Shown here: positions 39,088 to 48,224 of the stretch, piece after piece
Layout of the letters: every line of letters begins with the position of its first letter
How positions within the stretch are numbered: the first letter of the stretch is position 1
Assembly: GCA_023898465.1 (NCBI GenBank)
Contig: CP060223.1
Location: 352,001-416,000, forward strand
Direction: 5' to 3'
Origin: Candidatus Nomurabacteria bacterium
GTDB taxonomy: Bacteria; Patescibacteriota; Patescibacteriia; HK-STAS-PATE-3
DNA: 64,000 nucleotides
Notes under the pieces: model-generated
The model's database searches: none
Told to the model about the DNA's origin: nothing
Seen by the model: only the letters and a program-made list of their open reading frames with translations
Translations under genes and position numbers: made by a program

Positions 39088-40101
39088 TTACTTTGTCATT
39101 AAAATGCTGCGCTTGTAGGATTCGAGGTTTTCTAGAGCAACTCCGGTGCCGCGAGCAACACAGAGACGGGTATCATCAGCCACATAGGCTGGCACACCGG
39201 TAGCTTGAGACATGAGTCGATCAATGTTGCGTAGCTGTGAGGATCCGCCACTAAGTACCATGCCTTTATCAATGACGTCGGCAGAGAGCTCAGGAGGAGT
39301 TTCCTGGAGCACTGATTTGACTGCTTGGATAATCCCAGCCAGCTCATCTTGAATTGCCTCAGTCACATCGTCAGACAGCACGGTAATGGTTTTTGGTAGA
39401 CCGCTAATAATATCGCGTCCGCGAACTTCTAGAGCCAATTTCTCATCCATTGGTAAAGCAGACCCGATCATTATTTTGACTTGCTCGGCTGTTTGCTCGC
39501 CAATTGCTAGGCCATATTTTTTGCGTATGTATTCCTGAATTGCGGCATCTAATTTGTTTCCTCCAATGCGCACTGAGGTATTTGCCACAATACCACCCAG
39601 GGAAATGACAGCAATTTCTGAGGTACCACCGCCAATATCGATAATCATGTGCCCAGAGGCAGATCCGATCGGGATATTTGCACCAATAGCCGCTGCAATA
39701 GGCTCTTTGATAATATACGCGGCCTTTGCTCCAGCGGCTAAGGTTGCGTCGACCACAGCTCTTCGTTCAGTTGAGGTAATGCCGGCCGGTACAGCAATCA
39801 TAACTTCAGGGCGGAAAAAGCGGACACCGCCAGAAGCTTTATTAATAAAATACCGCAGCATTGCTTCAGTCGTGCGATAGTCGGCAATTACTCCATCGCG
39901 AAGTGGTCGATATGCCACAATAGTGTCAGGGGTTCTTCCTAACATTTCCTTTGCTTCATCACCCACTGCGAGCACCTTCTTGTCCATCAATGAGACTGCC
40001 ACCACAGACGGTTCATTAATCACAATACCACGCCCGGGCACATGGACGAGCGTTGACGTGGTACCAAGATCAATCCCCAATCGTTTCAAGAAAAAAGCCA
40101 T
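39088..40101 (-). CDS. Second MreB-family actin-like protein (paralogue)
   Basis: LGIDLGTTSTLVHV…DIGGGTSEIAVISLGG…VLSGGSSQLRNID. It abuts the GT4 gene with no spacer. Confidence 0.85.
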   Translation of the reverse strand: MAFFLKRLGIDLGTTSTLVHVPGRGIVINEPSVVAVSLMDKKVLAVGDEAKEMLGRTPDTIVAYRPLRDGVIADYRTTEAMLRYFINKASGGVRFFRPEVMIAVPAGITSTERRAVVDATLAAGAKAAYIIKEPIAAAIGANIPIGSASGHMIIDIGGGTSEIAVISLGGIVANTSVRIGGNKLDAAIQEYIRKKYGLAIGEQTAEQVKIMIGSALPMDEKLALEVRGRDIISGLPKTITVLSDDVTEAIQDELAGIIQAVKSVLQETPPELSADVIDKGMVLSGGSSQLRNIDRLMSQATGVPAYVADDTRLCVARGTGVALENLESYKRSILMTK

Positions 40102-40102
40102 G

Positions 40103-42043
40103 CTATTTCTCCAGGATGAAGGTCAGGTCGTGTGATAATGGACCGCTTAAATATACGCCATCGTTTTCACTTTGCAGATACTCGAGTGGTGTAATGGTGT
40201 GCGACTTATATCCAGGGTGGATACGTATTTCTAAGCTATGTGGCTCTGTGCCTGGCTGCTTCTGCACATCAAGCTGATAGTCACCCTTCTTTAGAGTATC
40301 TGTAATAGCTTTTGGTAGACGATATTGGATGTGTAAGTCCCCTTCTTCAAGTGGCTCAATCGAAGTGAAGCCTTGAATAACTGTTTTGCCTAAGTCTTCG
40401 TCAAGAGTGGGTTCAGTTGCTTTACCATTCTGAATTTTATCGTTGGTCAGGAAACCCTCTGCACTAATGAGCTCACTGCCAAGCGGGACGTAGATGCGAG
40501 TGTAGGTTCTATAGCGGGTAGACTTCCAGGTAATTGTCCCCTCGTTGCGGTAGTGCACGTTAAGCGTAGCAATAGCCTCACCATCAACCATTTCAACTGA
40601 GTAGCTAATAGTTCTCTTTACTCCCGGGTCACTCTTAAGCGAAGCCATGTTTGCATCAACAACATACAGGTAGTCATCTTCTGTTTCCTTTACTTCTCCA
40701 CCCCAGTTTTCGTCCTGAATAATCGCCTGCAGTTCAGGATCCTTGAGATAGAGCAGAATTTGCTTTTCCTCAACATTTTCTAGGAAGGTTGACCAAAGTC
40801 TATTCCAATCCGATTGAGGGAGCGCTAAAAGACGATCCATGAGGATTTGTGACATCTCGCCGATGATTTCTTTACGTGCTAATTCGTCTATACCTTGTTG
40901 ATAATATCCCTGTTCAACTTGGTACTGTAATGTGTCAACGAAGTTGTCACGTGTAAATTCGATATTTTGAACAGTTATACTGCCGGTTAGTTCGATCAAT
41001 GACTCAATAAAACTTGGAGTAACCGCGATTACTCCATCAAAGGATTTTACTGGACCGCGTTCTTGCTCATAAAACCAGAGGGCTTGCTCAGCAGCTCGTG
41101 GAAAATGTGGTGACCAGTTAGAGTCTCGTAAAAACCATTGCGTACTTCGTAAATATTTTTGCAGCGGCTCGGGTGGGTCAATATCCAGGAACTTTTCAGC
41201 TGGAACGTCGAGATTATAAATGTTATCTGTGGTAAAAGTCTCAATTTCGCCAGCATCAACCTTTAAGACGCCATAGGTGCCGATAAATCCACCGGTTGGA
41301 CGGAGTTCAGTATTATTCTGCAGCAAGAATAAGTAGGTTTGCTTATCAGGATAGCCGGCTAAAACTGGAATAGTGCGCGCTAGAGATGAAAACTGAGCCA
41401 CCGCGCTCTGCACCAAAGGAAGCTTTTCGCTAATGGGGTCAATTGCGCTTTGTAGTGGGCCAACTAAGCCCGTCTTCGGCACCTTGTTAAACTCCTCCAC
41501 TGATTGCGTAATTTTGGTTTCAGCATCACGTAGGACAGGATCAGCGTCATGTAGTTTACCTAAAAGCACTCGCTTATCTTGCGGTGTTAAACTCTTTAAG
41601 CTTAATTGCCCAGAAGCGTTTTGAAATGGAACAATCGTAGTATTCGCAAAATCTGCAATTTCATGAATTGCTTGACTGCTGGTGATTGCGGCTTGAATCA
41701 GATGATCGGCTGCTGTGTATTGACGTGCAGCATATGGCAAAACGCGAAGCCAGGCTAGCCCTCGCAGAGCGCTATCCGCTTCTTCAAACTTTCCAATCGC
41801 ATCGTTTAAGGAAATCGTGGCAGCAGAAAAATCCTGTGCCTCAAAATGTTCCTGGGCATTGAGAAGCGCGTTTTGACCGTCCTTGGCAGCTCGAGCAACC
41901 TTCACAGCAGATGGATACGAGAAAGCACCTAGAATAGCGATGATGATGATAAGACTGCCTAAAACAATCCCGAGGACCTTAGGCCACCGTCTCTTTTGCT
42001 TACCCTTCTTATGTAGATTTATAGATGTTGCGCGTTCTGGCAC
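40103..42043 (-). CDS. Hypothetical 646-aa membrane-anchored protein (DUF4012-like, tentative)
   Basis: One N-terminal TM helix and a large extracytoplasmic domain. The assignment rests on the motif NNTELRPTGGFIG, recalled from DUF4012 proteins and not verified here. Confidence 0.45.
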   Translation of the reverse strand: MPERATSINLHKKGKQKRRWPKVLGIVLGSLIIIIAILGAFSYPSAVKVARAAKDGQNALLNAQEHFEAQDFSAATISLNDAIGKFEEADSALRGLAWLRVLPYAARQYTAADHLIQAAITSSQAIHEIADFANTTIVPFQNASGQLSLKSLTPQDKRVLLGKLHDADPVLRDAETKITQSVEEFNKVPKTGLVGPLQSAIDPISEKLPLVQSAVAQFSSLARTIPVLAGYPDKQTYLFLLQNNTELRPTGGFIGTYGVLKVDAGEIETFTTDNIYNLDVPAEKFLDIDPPEPLQKYLRSTQWFLRDSNWSPHFPRAAEQALWFYEQERGPVKSFDGVIAVTPSFIESLIELTGSITVQNIEFTRDNFVDTLQYQVEQGYYQQGIDELARKEIIGEMSQILMDRLLALPQSDWNRLWSTFLENVEEKQILLYLKDPELQAIIQDENWGGEVKETEDDYLYVVDANMASLKSDPGVKRTISYSVEMVDGEAIATLNVHYRNEGTITWKSTRYRTYTRIYVPLGSELISAEGFLTNDKIQNGKATEPTLDEDLGKTVIQGFTSIEPLEEGDLHIQYRLPKAITDTLKKGDYQLDVQKQPGTEPHSLEIRIHPGYKSHTITPLEYLQSENDGVYLSGPLSHDLTFILEK

Positions 42044-42092
42044 GTTGCACTTTCAACTAGGCAATGGAGCTTCAAATTCTACTGAAAAATGC

Positions 42093-42923
42093 TTACTCCG
42101 TCAAGCCTGGAATAGGATGTGAGGATGGCGTGTTTTGCCGAAAATATTTGGCAAAGTAGCGAATACCGGAATGAATGTGAATTCGGGTGGCTGCAGTAAA
42201 TATGCCACTAAGGCCCGGACTCTCAGCAGATAAACGACGATGATAATGCACTAAGGCTGCTTCTGGATAATAGTAGACCGCATAGCCTGCCGCCCAAAAG
42301 CGTCTGCACCAATCCACATCTTCAAAATAAAGGAAGTATCGCTCATCCATTTCACCAATCTGCTCATAGGCTGACCGTCGTACGAGCATACAGGCACCTA
42401 ATACCCAGTCCACTGGCTGCGTGTGCGTCTTTTCGGTATCACGCATGATGTAGTGGCGAAGTGCCTTTTTTGCCCAAGGCAAATTACCCAAAGGTGTACG
42501 GCGATAGAGAGGAATCATCATGCCAGGAAATCGATACATTGATTCCTGGACAGTTCCATCAGGATTGGTAAGTTTTGGAGCGAGTAAAGCAATTTGCGGA
42601 TTTTTTTTCATGAAATCGAGCATCTTCTCGATCATGTTTTCAAAAATGGCAATGTCAGGATTGATGATAAGGAAAAACTGACCTTGCGCGGCTCGCATAC
42701 CCACATTATTTCCAGATGCTAAGCCCCTGTTTTCATTAAGTTGAATACCTTTGACGTCTGGAAAACGCTCCTGCAGCATTTCCATTGTGCCGTCATTGGA
42801 ATTATTATCTACGACGATAACTTCATATGAACAGCGCAAATGAGATTGTTCAATACCACGCAAGCAGGTTTTTACTAAACCGCGCGATTTATAATTTACG
42901 ATAATTATTGATAGTTCAACCAT
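42093..42923 (-). CDS. GT2-family glycosyltransferase
   Basis: SIIIVNYKS…VVDNNSNDGT GT-A N-terminus and a DxD motif. Confidence 0.8.
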   Translation of the reverse strand: MVELSIIIVNYKSRGLVKTCLRGIEQSHLRCSYEVIVVDNNSNDGTMEMLQERFPDVKGIQLNENRGLASGNNVGMRAAQGQFFLIINPDIAIFENMIEKMLDFMKKNPQIALLAPKLTNPDGTVQESMYRFPGMMIPLYRRTPLGNLPWAKKALRHYIMRDTEKTHTQPVDWVLGACMLVRRSAYEQIGEMDERYFLYFEDVDWCRRFWAAGYAVYYYPEAALVHYHRRLSAESPGLSGIFTAATRIHIHSGIRYFAKYFRQNTPSSHPIPGLTE

Positions 42924-42924
42924 A

Positions 42925-43947
42925 CTATTGAAACCATTTACGAAGTGATTGTTGGGAAACGCGAGCCTTATGCATGAGGGCTTTTTTCTTTTTCCGCATT
43001 AGGGGCATTAATTTGAGAGCAGCGATACTCTGCCGCAGAACTGAAGGCTGAAAGAAAAGCAGGTAAATAAACTTTTTCAGTTCATAGCTTAGTATCCAAG
43101 GAGCGCTAAGAAGAAAACTTGCGATACTTTCATTTTTTGCAAGCATGAGCAAATGATTTCGGTACGAGAGTGCGTTAATCACCTTTGCTCTATGTCGATG
43201 TTCAGCAACAACCTGTCGGGTGCTTTCACTATCACCTCGGGCACTTCGATGGTGATATGCCAGCGCCTGTGGTATGCACCATGCTTCCCAACCAAGTCGC
43301 TGTAAGCGCCAGGCCATATCCACATCTTCTTTGTAGGCAAAGAATTCCTCATCAAAGTACTCATCTTGGTAACGAACATCTTCTAGGGCCTGTCGTCGGT
43401 ATACTACTGCAGAGCCGCTTATGCCAAACACTGGGGTAGGAGCATCGAATTGACCTCGATCTCGCTGACCCTCCCCACGATCGACCACTCGCCGGCTACG
43501 CAGACCCTGTAAACCGACCGAATCAATCCTATCAGACATATCTACTTGCTTCAAATCCCCTTCCGCAAAGGCGAATCTTAGCGTTTTTCCGCCAATGCTG
43601 CCGCATTTGGGCTTGCTTTGTATGCCATGCATCAGAGTTTCCAGGAATGTAGATGTGGCGATGATATCCGGATTAAGCACAAGGACAAATGGTGAGCTGG
43701 AGAAATGAATACCTTGATTATGTGCTTTTGCGAAGCCCAGGTTTGTACGATTTTTTATTACCTGAATTTGTGGATAGTTTGCGCTAAGAATTGCAAGCGT
43801 GTCATCAGTAGAATTATTATCGATAATTAACACGCGGAAGTTTTGGTAGCTTTGTTTTTTTAGCGATTCCAAGCAATGCTGAATAAAAATTCCACTATTC
43901 CAGGTGACAATATGAATACTTAATTCTGGCGTTTCAGGATTCTGCAT
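42925..43947 (-). CDS. GT2-family glycosyltransferase
   Basis: SIHIVTWNSG…LIIDNNSTDDT. Start is uncertain: the internal ATG at 43947 is preferred to the TTG at 44004. Confidence 0.7.
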   Translation of the reverse strand: MQNPETPELSIHIVTWNSGIFIQHCLESLKKQSYQNFRVLIIDNNSTDDTLAILSANYPQIQVIKNRTNLGFAKAHNQGIHFSSSPFVLVLNPDIIATSTFLETLMHGIQSKPKCGSIGGKTLRFAFAEGDLKQVDMSDRIDSVGLQGLRSRRVVDRGEGQRDRGQFDAPTPVFGISGSAVVYRRQALEDVRYQDEYFDEEFFAYKEDVDMAWRLQRLGWEAWCIPQALAYHHRSARGDSESTRQVVAEHRHRAKVINALSYRNHLLMLAKNESIASFLLSAPWILSYELKKFIYLLFFQPSVLRQSIAALKLMPLMRKKKKALMHKARVSQQSLRKWFQ

Positions 43948-45505
43948 GAGTATTTGGAACAAGCGTGAAAATGAGAGCGCACATGAGTATCGCGCTAATA
44001 CCAAGCGGATGGTTTAAATATGGTGTAAAGGCGTGAGCAGCGAGTAAGGAAAGTAATGCGCTGAGCGTACCAAGTTTAATAATCAGTTCATATTGGTTTT
44101 GTACCTTCCACTGAAATCCTTTCCGAAAGACACTTCCCAAAAAGATGAGATAGATAAGTAAGCCAATACCTCCTAGTTTTACTAAAAGGTCTAAGTAGCC
44201 CCACTCATACACATAGACCGCTACAGTTTCTACCTCGTCGGTCCCGGCTACCAGTGAACGATATCGAACAAGTGTTCCAAAGCCGGATCCAATAAGAGGC
44301 GCCTCTTTTATTTTTTCAACAACATTGGGCAGTAATTGTAAACGGTTCGATGCGGCAAGCTCGGTGTTAGGTTGAAAAAGTGATTGCAGGCGTCCCACGC
44401 TGGCATCCCAAGCACCCGGCACAATTGCTAAAGCTCCTAGCATAACAACAAGCACAGTCAGCGAGGTAAGGAAAAGGCGTAACTTGAATTGCTTTGGTAA
44501 TATGGCAAAAAGAAAAAGTATTCCGACAGCTAACCCAAACCAAAAGCTACGTGAGAATCCGATAAACAGTGCTGCGCCAAGTAAAAAGAGGCTAAGTACA
44601 CCGATGTATCGCGAGCTGCTCCACTTACTTGTCTGTAAGAGAAAAAGCAGGGCTGGAAAAAGTAGTAATAAAATGTAGAGATGGCTTATTACAAAAACCC
44701 GGAAAATTCTTCCACTAAAGTATGATATTTCAGCCATGCCGGTATCTCTTGCCCAGCGATAGACACTTGGACGATCTTGAGTTATCTCACTGCGGTCAAG
44801 TTGAATTTTTGAAGCATCGAGCTTTGTAGTCTGGCCAAGTCGGGCTGGCTCACCACTATCCTCATCCAACTTTGCCAGTTGTCCTGAATCAACCTGGGTG
44901 GCACTTACAAAATTTGGACGATAATAGACCGTGGCAAAAAGTGTGCTTAAGAAGAAGGTAAAAACTATTAGGGCCAAGGTTGCGGCAGCGCCCCAGTAAG
45001 CAAGACTACGCAGCTGCCCTATATTTCGTATACTCTGGAACAACGGGAAAACAAAAAGAAAATAAATATAGCCATTGAGGTCAAAAAACCATATCTCGTG
45101 CGGATTTTTTGCATAGCCCAGCATAGCTGCGAGGAGGATCCAGAGCGCCAAGCTGAGTAATGGCCAGCGAAATTGGCTTTGCCATACCGTTATTCTTTTT
45201 TCACGTATGACTTGCCAAAGAAAGACGAGACCGAGAATGCCGAAAATGGCGTAGCGAATGGGAATAGCCTGACCAAAAGCGACAATAGAAAAAATGTAAC
45301 CCTTGCCGCCAATAATAAGTTCGCTCAGAGCTATATAAATTCCATACTCCGGTGCTCGAAAGCTAAGGTAAATGGTACACGCAACAATGAGGAAAAAAAG
45401 CGTGGTATTTATCCAAGGGTAGAGAAAACCAAGATACGCTAATCCGTAAAGCGCTAAACACACACTAGAGAGCAAGGAAACTTTCTTCAGCACAGTATTA
45501 GTCAT
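43934..45505 (-). CDS. O-antigen ligase/polymerase (Wzy/WaaL-like) membrane protein
   Basis: About 12 TM helices with a large outward loop. Sits in a GT/Wzx cluster. Confidence 0.6.
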   Translation of the reverse strand: MTNTVLKKVSLLSSVCLALYGLAYLGFLYPWINTTLFFLIVACTIYLSFRAPEYGIYIALSELIIGGKGYIFSIVAFGQAIPIRYAIFGILGLVFLWQVIREKRITVWQSQFRWPLLSLALWILLAAMLGYAKNPHEIWFFDLNGYIYFLFVFPLFQSIRNIGQLRSLAYWGAAATLALIVFTFFLSTLFATVYYRPNFVSATQVDSGQLAKLDEDSGEPARLGQTTKLDASKIQLDRSEITQDRPSVYRWARDTGMAEISYFSGRIFRVFVISHLYILLLLFPALLFLLQTSKWSSSRYIGVLSLFLLGAALFIGFSRSFWFGLAVGILFLFAILPKQFKLRLFLTSLTVLVVMLGALAIVPGAWDASVGRLQSLFQPNTELAASNRLQLLPNVVEKIKEAPLIGSGFGTLVRYRSLVAGTDEVETVAVYVYEWGYLDLLVKLGGIGLLIYLIFLGSVFRKGFQWKVQNQYELIIKLGTLSALLSLLAAHAFTPYLNHPLGISAILMCALIFTLVPNTHAES

Positions 45506-46430
45506 GCGCGGTTGGAGTTTTAAGCTTTAGCATGCTAAGCGGAGCGGCCAGCGCGGCCAGAAAAAGACTAAGAGGTCGAGCGAGTCTAAGAACTATAGTA
45601 TCCCATCGTGAGCCATGTTTGGCAAAATAGATTTGCATGCTGTGAATAAAATAGCGCTGCTTGGTAATACTGAGCACTTGCCTGAAGCTCTCACCTCGAG
45701 CATGAAATACTTCTGCCTGTGAGGTATAAAAGACTTTAAGTCCGGCCTTTTTTACACGATAGCAATAATCAACTTCTTCAAACCATATAAAATAGTCCTC
45801 ATCAAGTAGGCCCACTTGTTCAATTGCATTTTTGTGTATAAGAAAAAATGCTCCTTTTACCTGATCCACTTCCCCATCCTGCGTATAATTCCAACTCGAT
45901 GCGTAGTACCTTTTCAAGGCAGGAAAACGAGGGAAAAATCGATGCAGTTTAAGCATGATGAGTAACTGATCGCTTAGCTGAGGAAAAGCTCGAATACTCT
46001 CTTGCGTTGTTCCATCTTCATTTACGAGACGGCATCCGAGCACGCCAATATTTTCTTCCTGTTCCAGCACTTGTTTTACCTTACTTAACGTATCTATTTT
46101 GACAATTGCATCTGGGTTAAGGAGTAGCATGTGGCCGGGTTTTGCAGCACGTATGCCTTGATTTACCGCCTTTGCAAAGCCTACATTTTTACTATTGGCA
46201 ATGAGAGTAATGTTTGGATACTTTTCTTTTAGCGACCTAAGCGAGCCATCTTGGGAGGCGTTATCGACAACGATAATATCTTCTGGATTTTGCCTGCTCT
46301 GCAAAAGCGCGGCTATGCATTGGAGTACTAACTCCCTCACATTCCAGCTCACAATTATTACGGTCATAGGTGTTTGAGACATTAGCGTACTGGGTGCAGA
46401 AGCCGATAAATCGTAAAGGAGATTTTCCAT
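45498..46430 (-). CDS. GT2-family glycosyltransferase
   Basis: MTVIIVSWNV…VVDNASQDGS. Start is uncertain, with alternative in-frame ATGs. Confidence 0.75.
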   Translation of the reverse strand: MENLLYDLSASAPSTLMSQTPMTVIIVSWNVRELVLQCIAALLQSRQNPEDIIVVDNASQDGSLRSLKEKYPNITLIANSKNVGFAKAVNQGIRAAKPGHMLLLNPDAIVKIDTLSKVKQVLEQEENIGVLGCRLVNEDGTTQESIRAFPQLSDQLLIMLKLHRFFPRFPALKRYYASSWNYTQDGEVDQVKGAFFLIHKNAIEQVGLLDEDYFIWFEEVDYCYRVKKAGLKVFYTSQAEVFHARGESFRQVLSITKQRYFIHSMQIYFAKHGSRWDTIVLRLARPLSLFLAALAAPLSMLKLKTPTAHD

Positions 46431-47107
46431 ACAAGACTCTTCAATGCGCCGCCTTTAGGGAGTTGATGCTTTTGAGACAGGTACGCCTTAGCCTCGGCCC
46501 GCAACTCACTACGAGTGCTAATTGCACTGCGCTGATGTGCTAAGGTCTGAAAGAGTTGAGGTGCTACAGCGACTCCCCTGCCTCCTTTTTCCACCACACT
46601 TAACCAGAGATCCCAGTCTTGGAAGCGCTTCAGGTGAGTATCAAAGCCCGGGAAATGTGCACGGCGGATGAGCGACATCGTGGAAATAAAGTTTAAGCGT
46701 TGTAGCCAGTAGTGGCTGAAATGTACTGCTGGCATTGGCCGCTCATCAAACACAAAGCTACCATAAGCAAAGGCGGCCTTAGTATTTTTTTGAAGTGCAG
46801 TGAGTAAGGTGTGAAGCGCATTCGGCGCTAACTTCACATCTGCATCGCAAAAGTAAAGATATGCACCTTTACTGAGTCGTGCTCCAGCGTTGCGAGCAGC
46901 TGGTGCGCCTTGAGCTTCCTGTTGAAGTACTTGGATATTTTCTTTAGCTAAATCCTGGGCAATATGCAAAGTATCTTGAGTTGCTCCGTCGCAGACAATA
47001 ATAATTTCTACATTAACACTTTGCTGCTCCTGAATACTTTGTACAGTAGTGCGTAGAGTCTCCGCATCATTTTGACACGGGATGATAACACTAATAAGCT
47101 CATTCAT
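46382..47107 (-). CDS. GT2-family glycosyltransferase
   Basis: ISVIIPCQNDAETL…CDADV DxD motif. The start is reset to the ATG 2 nt after the upstream stop. Confidence 0.75.
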   Translation of the reverse strand: MNELISVIIPCQNDAETLRTTVQSIQEQQSVNVEIIIVCDGATQDTLHIAQDLAKENIQVLQQEAQGAPAARNAGARLSKGAYLYFCDADVKLAPNALHTLLTALQKNTKAAFAYGSFVFDERPMPAVHFSHYWLQRLNFISTMSLIRRAHFPGFDTHLKRFQDWDLWLSVVEKGGRGVAVAPQLFQTLAHQRSAISTRSELRAEAKAYLSQKHQLPKGGALKSLVWKISFTIYRLLHPVR

Positions 47108-48224
47108 GAAGGAGCTCCTCCATTGTGCGCTTCCAGGTAAATTCAGTTTGCACACGAGTATAATGCTTCTCACCTAATTGTTGTGCCCAGGTTTGGTCAC
47201 CCATAAGCTCTTTTATGGCTCTAGCTAACTCCTCTGGATTTCCCGGATCAACTAGTAGTCCGCTTTGCGCGGGTAGCACAATATCCTCGGCTCCACTTTG
47301 CCTTGTGGCGATAACAGGTAGCCTATAACGAGCAGCTTCTAAGAGTACTATTCCGAAACTTTCTGCGTGTCCTCTCACTGGGCGACTAGGTAGTACAAAC
47401 ACATCAGCTTGCGCATACCATTTAGCTTTTTCTTCAGCATTGTCTGGTATTGCTCCGATGAAATGTACTTGCTCAAGTATGCCTAATGTATTGGCGAGTT
47501 GTTTGAGGGCGCCCATTTCGGGACCATCACCAACGACAATGTAGCGAACAGGTGCTTTTAGCAATGCTAAAGCGTGAAGCATGACATCAATCCCCTTCAT
47601 TGCTACTAGTCGACTTATTGTGAGGACGGTAAAACCTTCAGTTGATGTTCTCTGTGGTAATTCCGGAAAATCAGCAAAATCAATCCCAGGGTGTGCAATG
47701 CGAATTTTTTTCTGAAGCTTTGGGTCTGTACCAAAATGCTTTGCGGTCTGATTGCTGTTTGCATAAAGAGTGTCGGCAAAGCGTAAGGTCAACCGGTAAA
47801 AAAATGCATGCACTGGATTTTGTTGCGGCAACACAGCATCAATGCCGTGAGACATAATATCGTAGCGGATTCCTAAACAGAGACGCATGAGTGGCGCAAG
47901 GATAGCGTATTGCGCATAGTGGCCAAATAAAATGCGATGTATTTCAAAGCGACGTATATACCGTGGAAGTCGCCAAAGCATAGGAAGCCAGCTTGGCTTG
48001 CACCAAGACCAGGCAAAAAGCTTTTGACGAATTACCCGGTGTGGAATGTTGTCATCATTCGCGTCTACTTCTTTATCCGTCCAAATAATCAGCGAATCCT
48101 CTGGCCATCGTCTCGTTACCTCAGACCAAAAATGCTCTAAACCTCCAAGTTTAGGCGGAAAAAAAGCGGTAATGAGTAATGTTTTATTCTGCCGTTGCGC
48201 CATTTCTTCGTCGAATAATCCCAT
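47100..48224 (-). CDS. GT4-family glycosyltransferase
   Basis: Typical GT-B C-domain (…VLPSRPVRGHAESFGIVLLEAARYRLPVIAT…). Confidence 0.8.
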   Translation of the reverse strand: MGLFDEEMAQRQNKTLLITAFFPPKLGGLEHFWSEVTRRWPEDSLIIWTDKEVDANDDNIPHRVIRQKLFAWSWCKPSWLPMLWRLPRYIRRFEIHRILFGHYAQYAILAPLMRLCLGIRYDIMSHGIDAVLPQQNPVHAFFYRLTLRFADTLYANSNQTAKHFGTDPKLQKKIRIAHPGIDFADFPELPQRTSTEGFTVLTISRLVAMKGIDVMLHALALLKAPVRYIVVGDGPEMGALKQLANTLGILEQVHFIGAIPDNAEEKAKWYAQADVFVLPSRPVRGHAESFGIVLLEAARYRLPVIATRQSGAEDIVLPAQSGLLVDPGNPEELARAIKELMGDQTWAQQLGEKHYTRVQTEFTWKRTMEELLHE

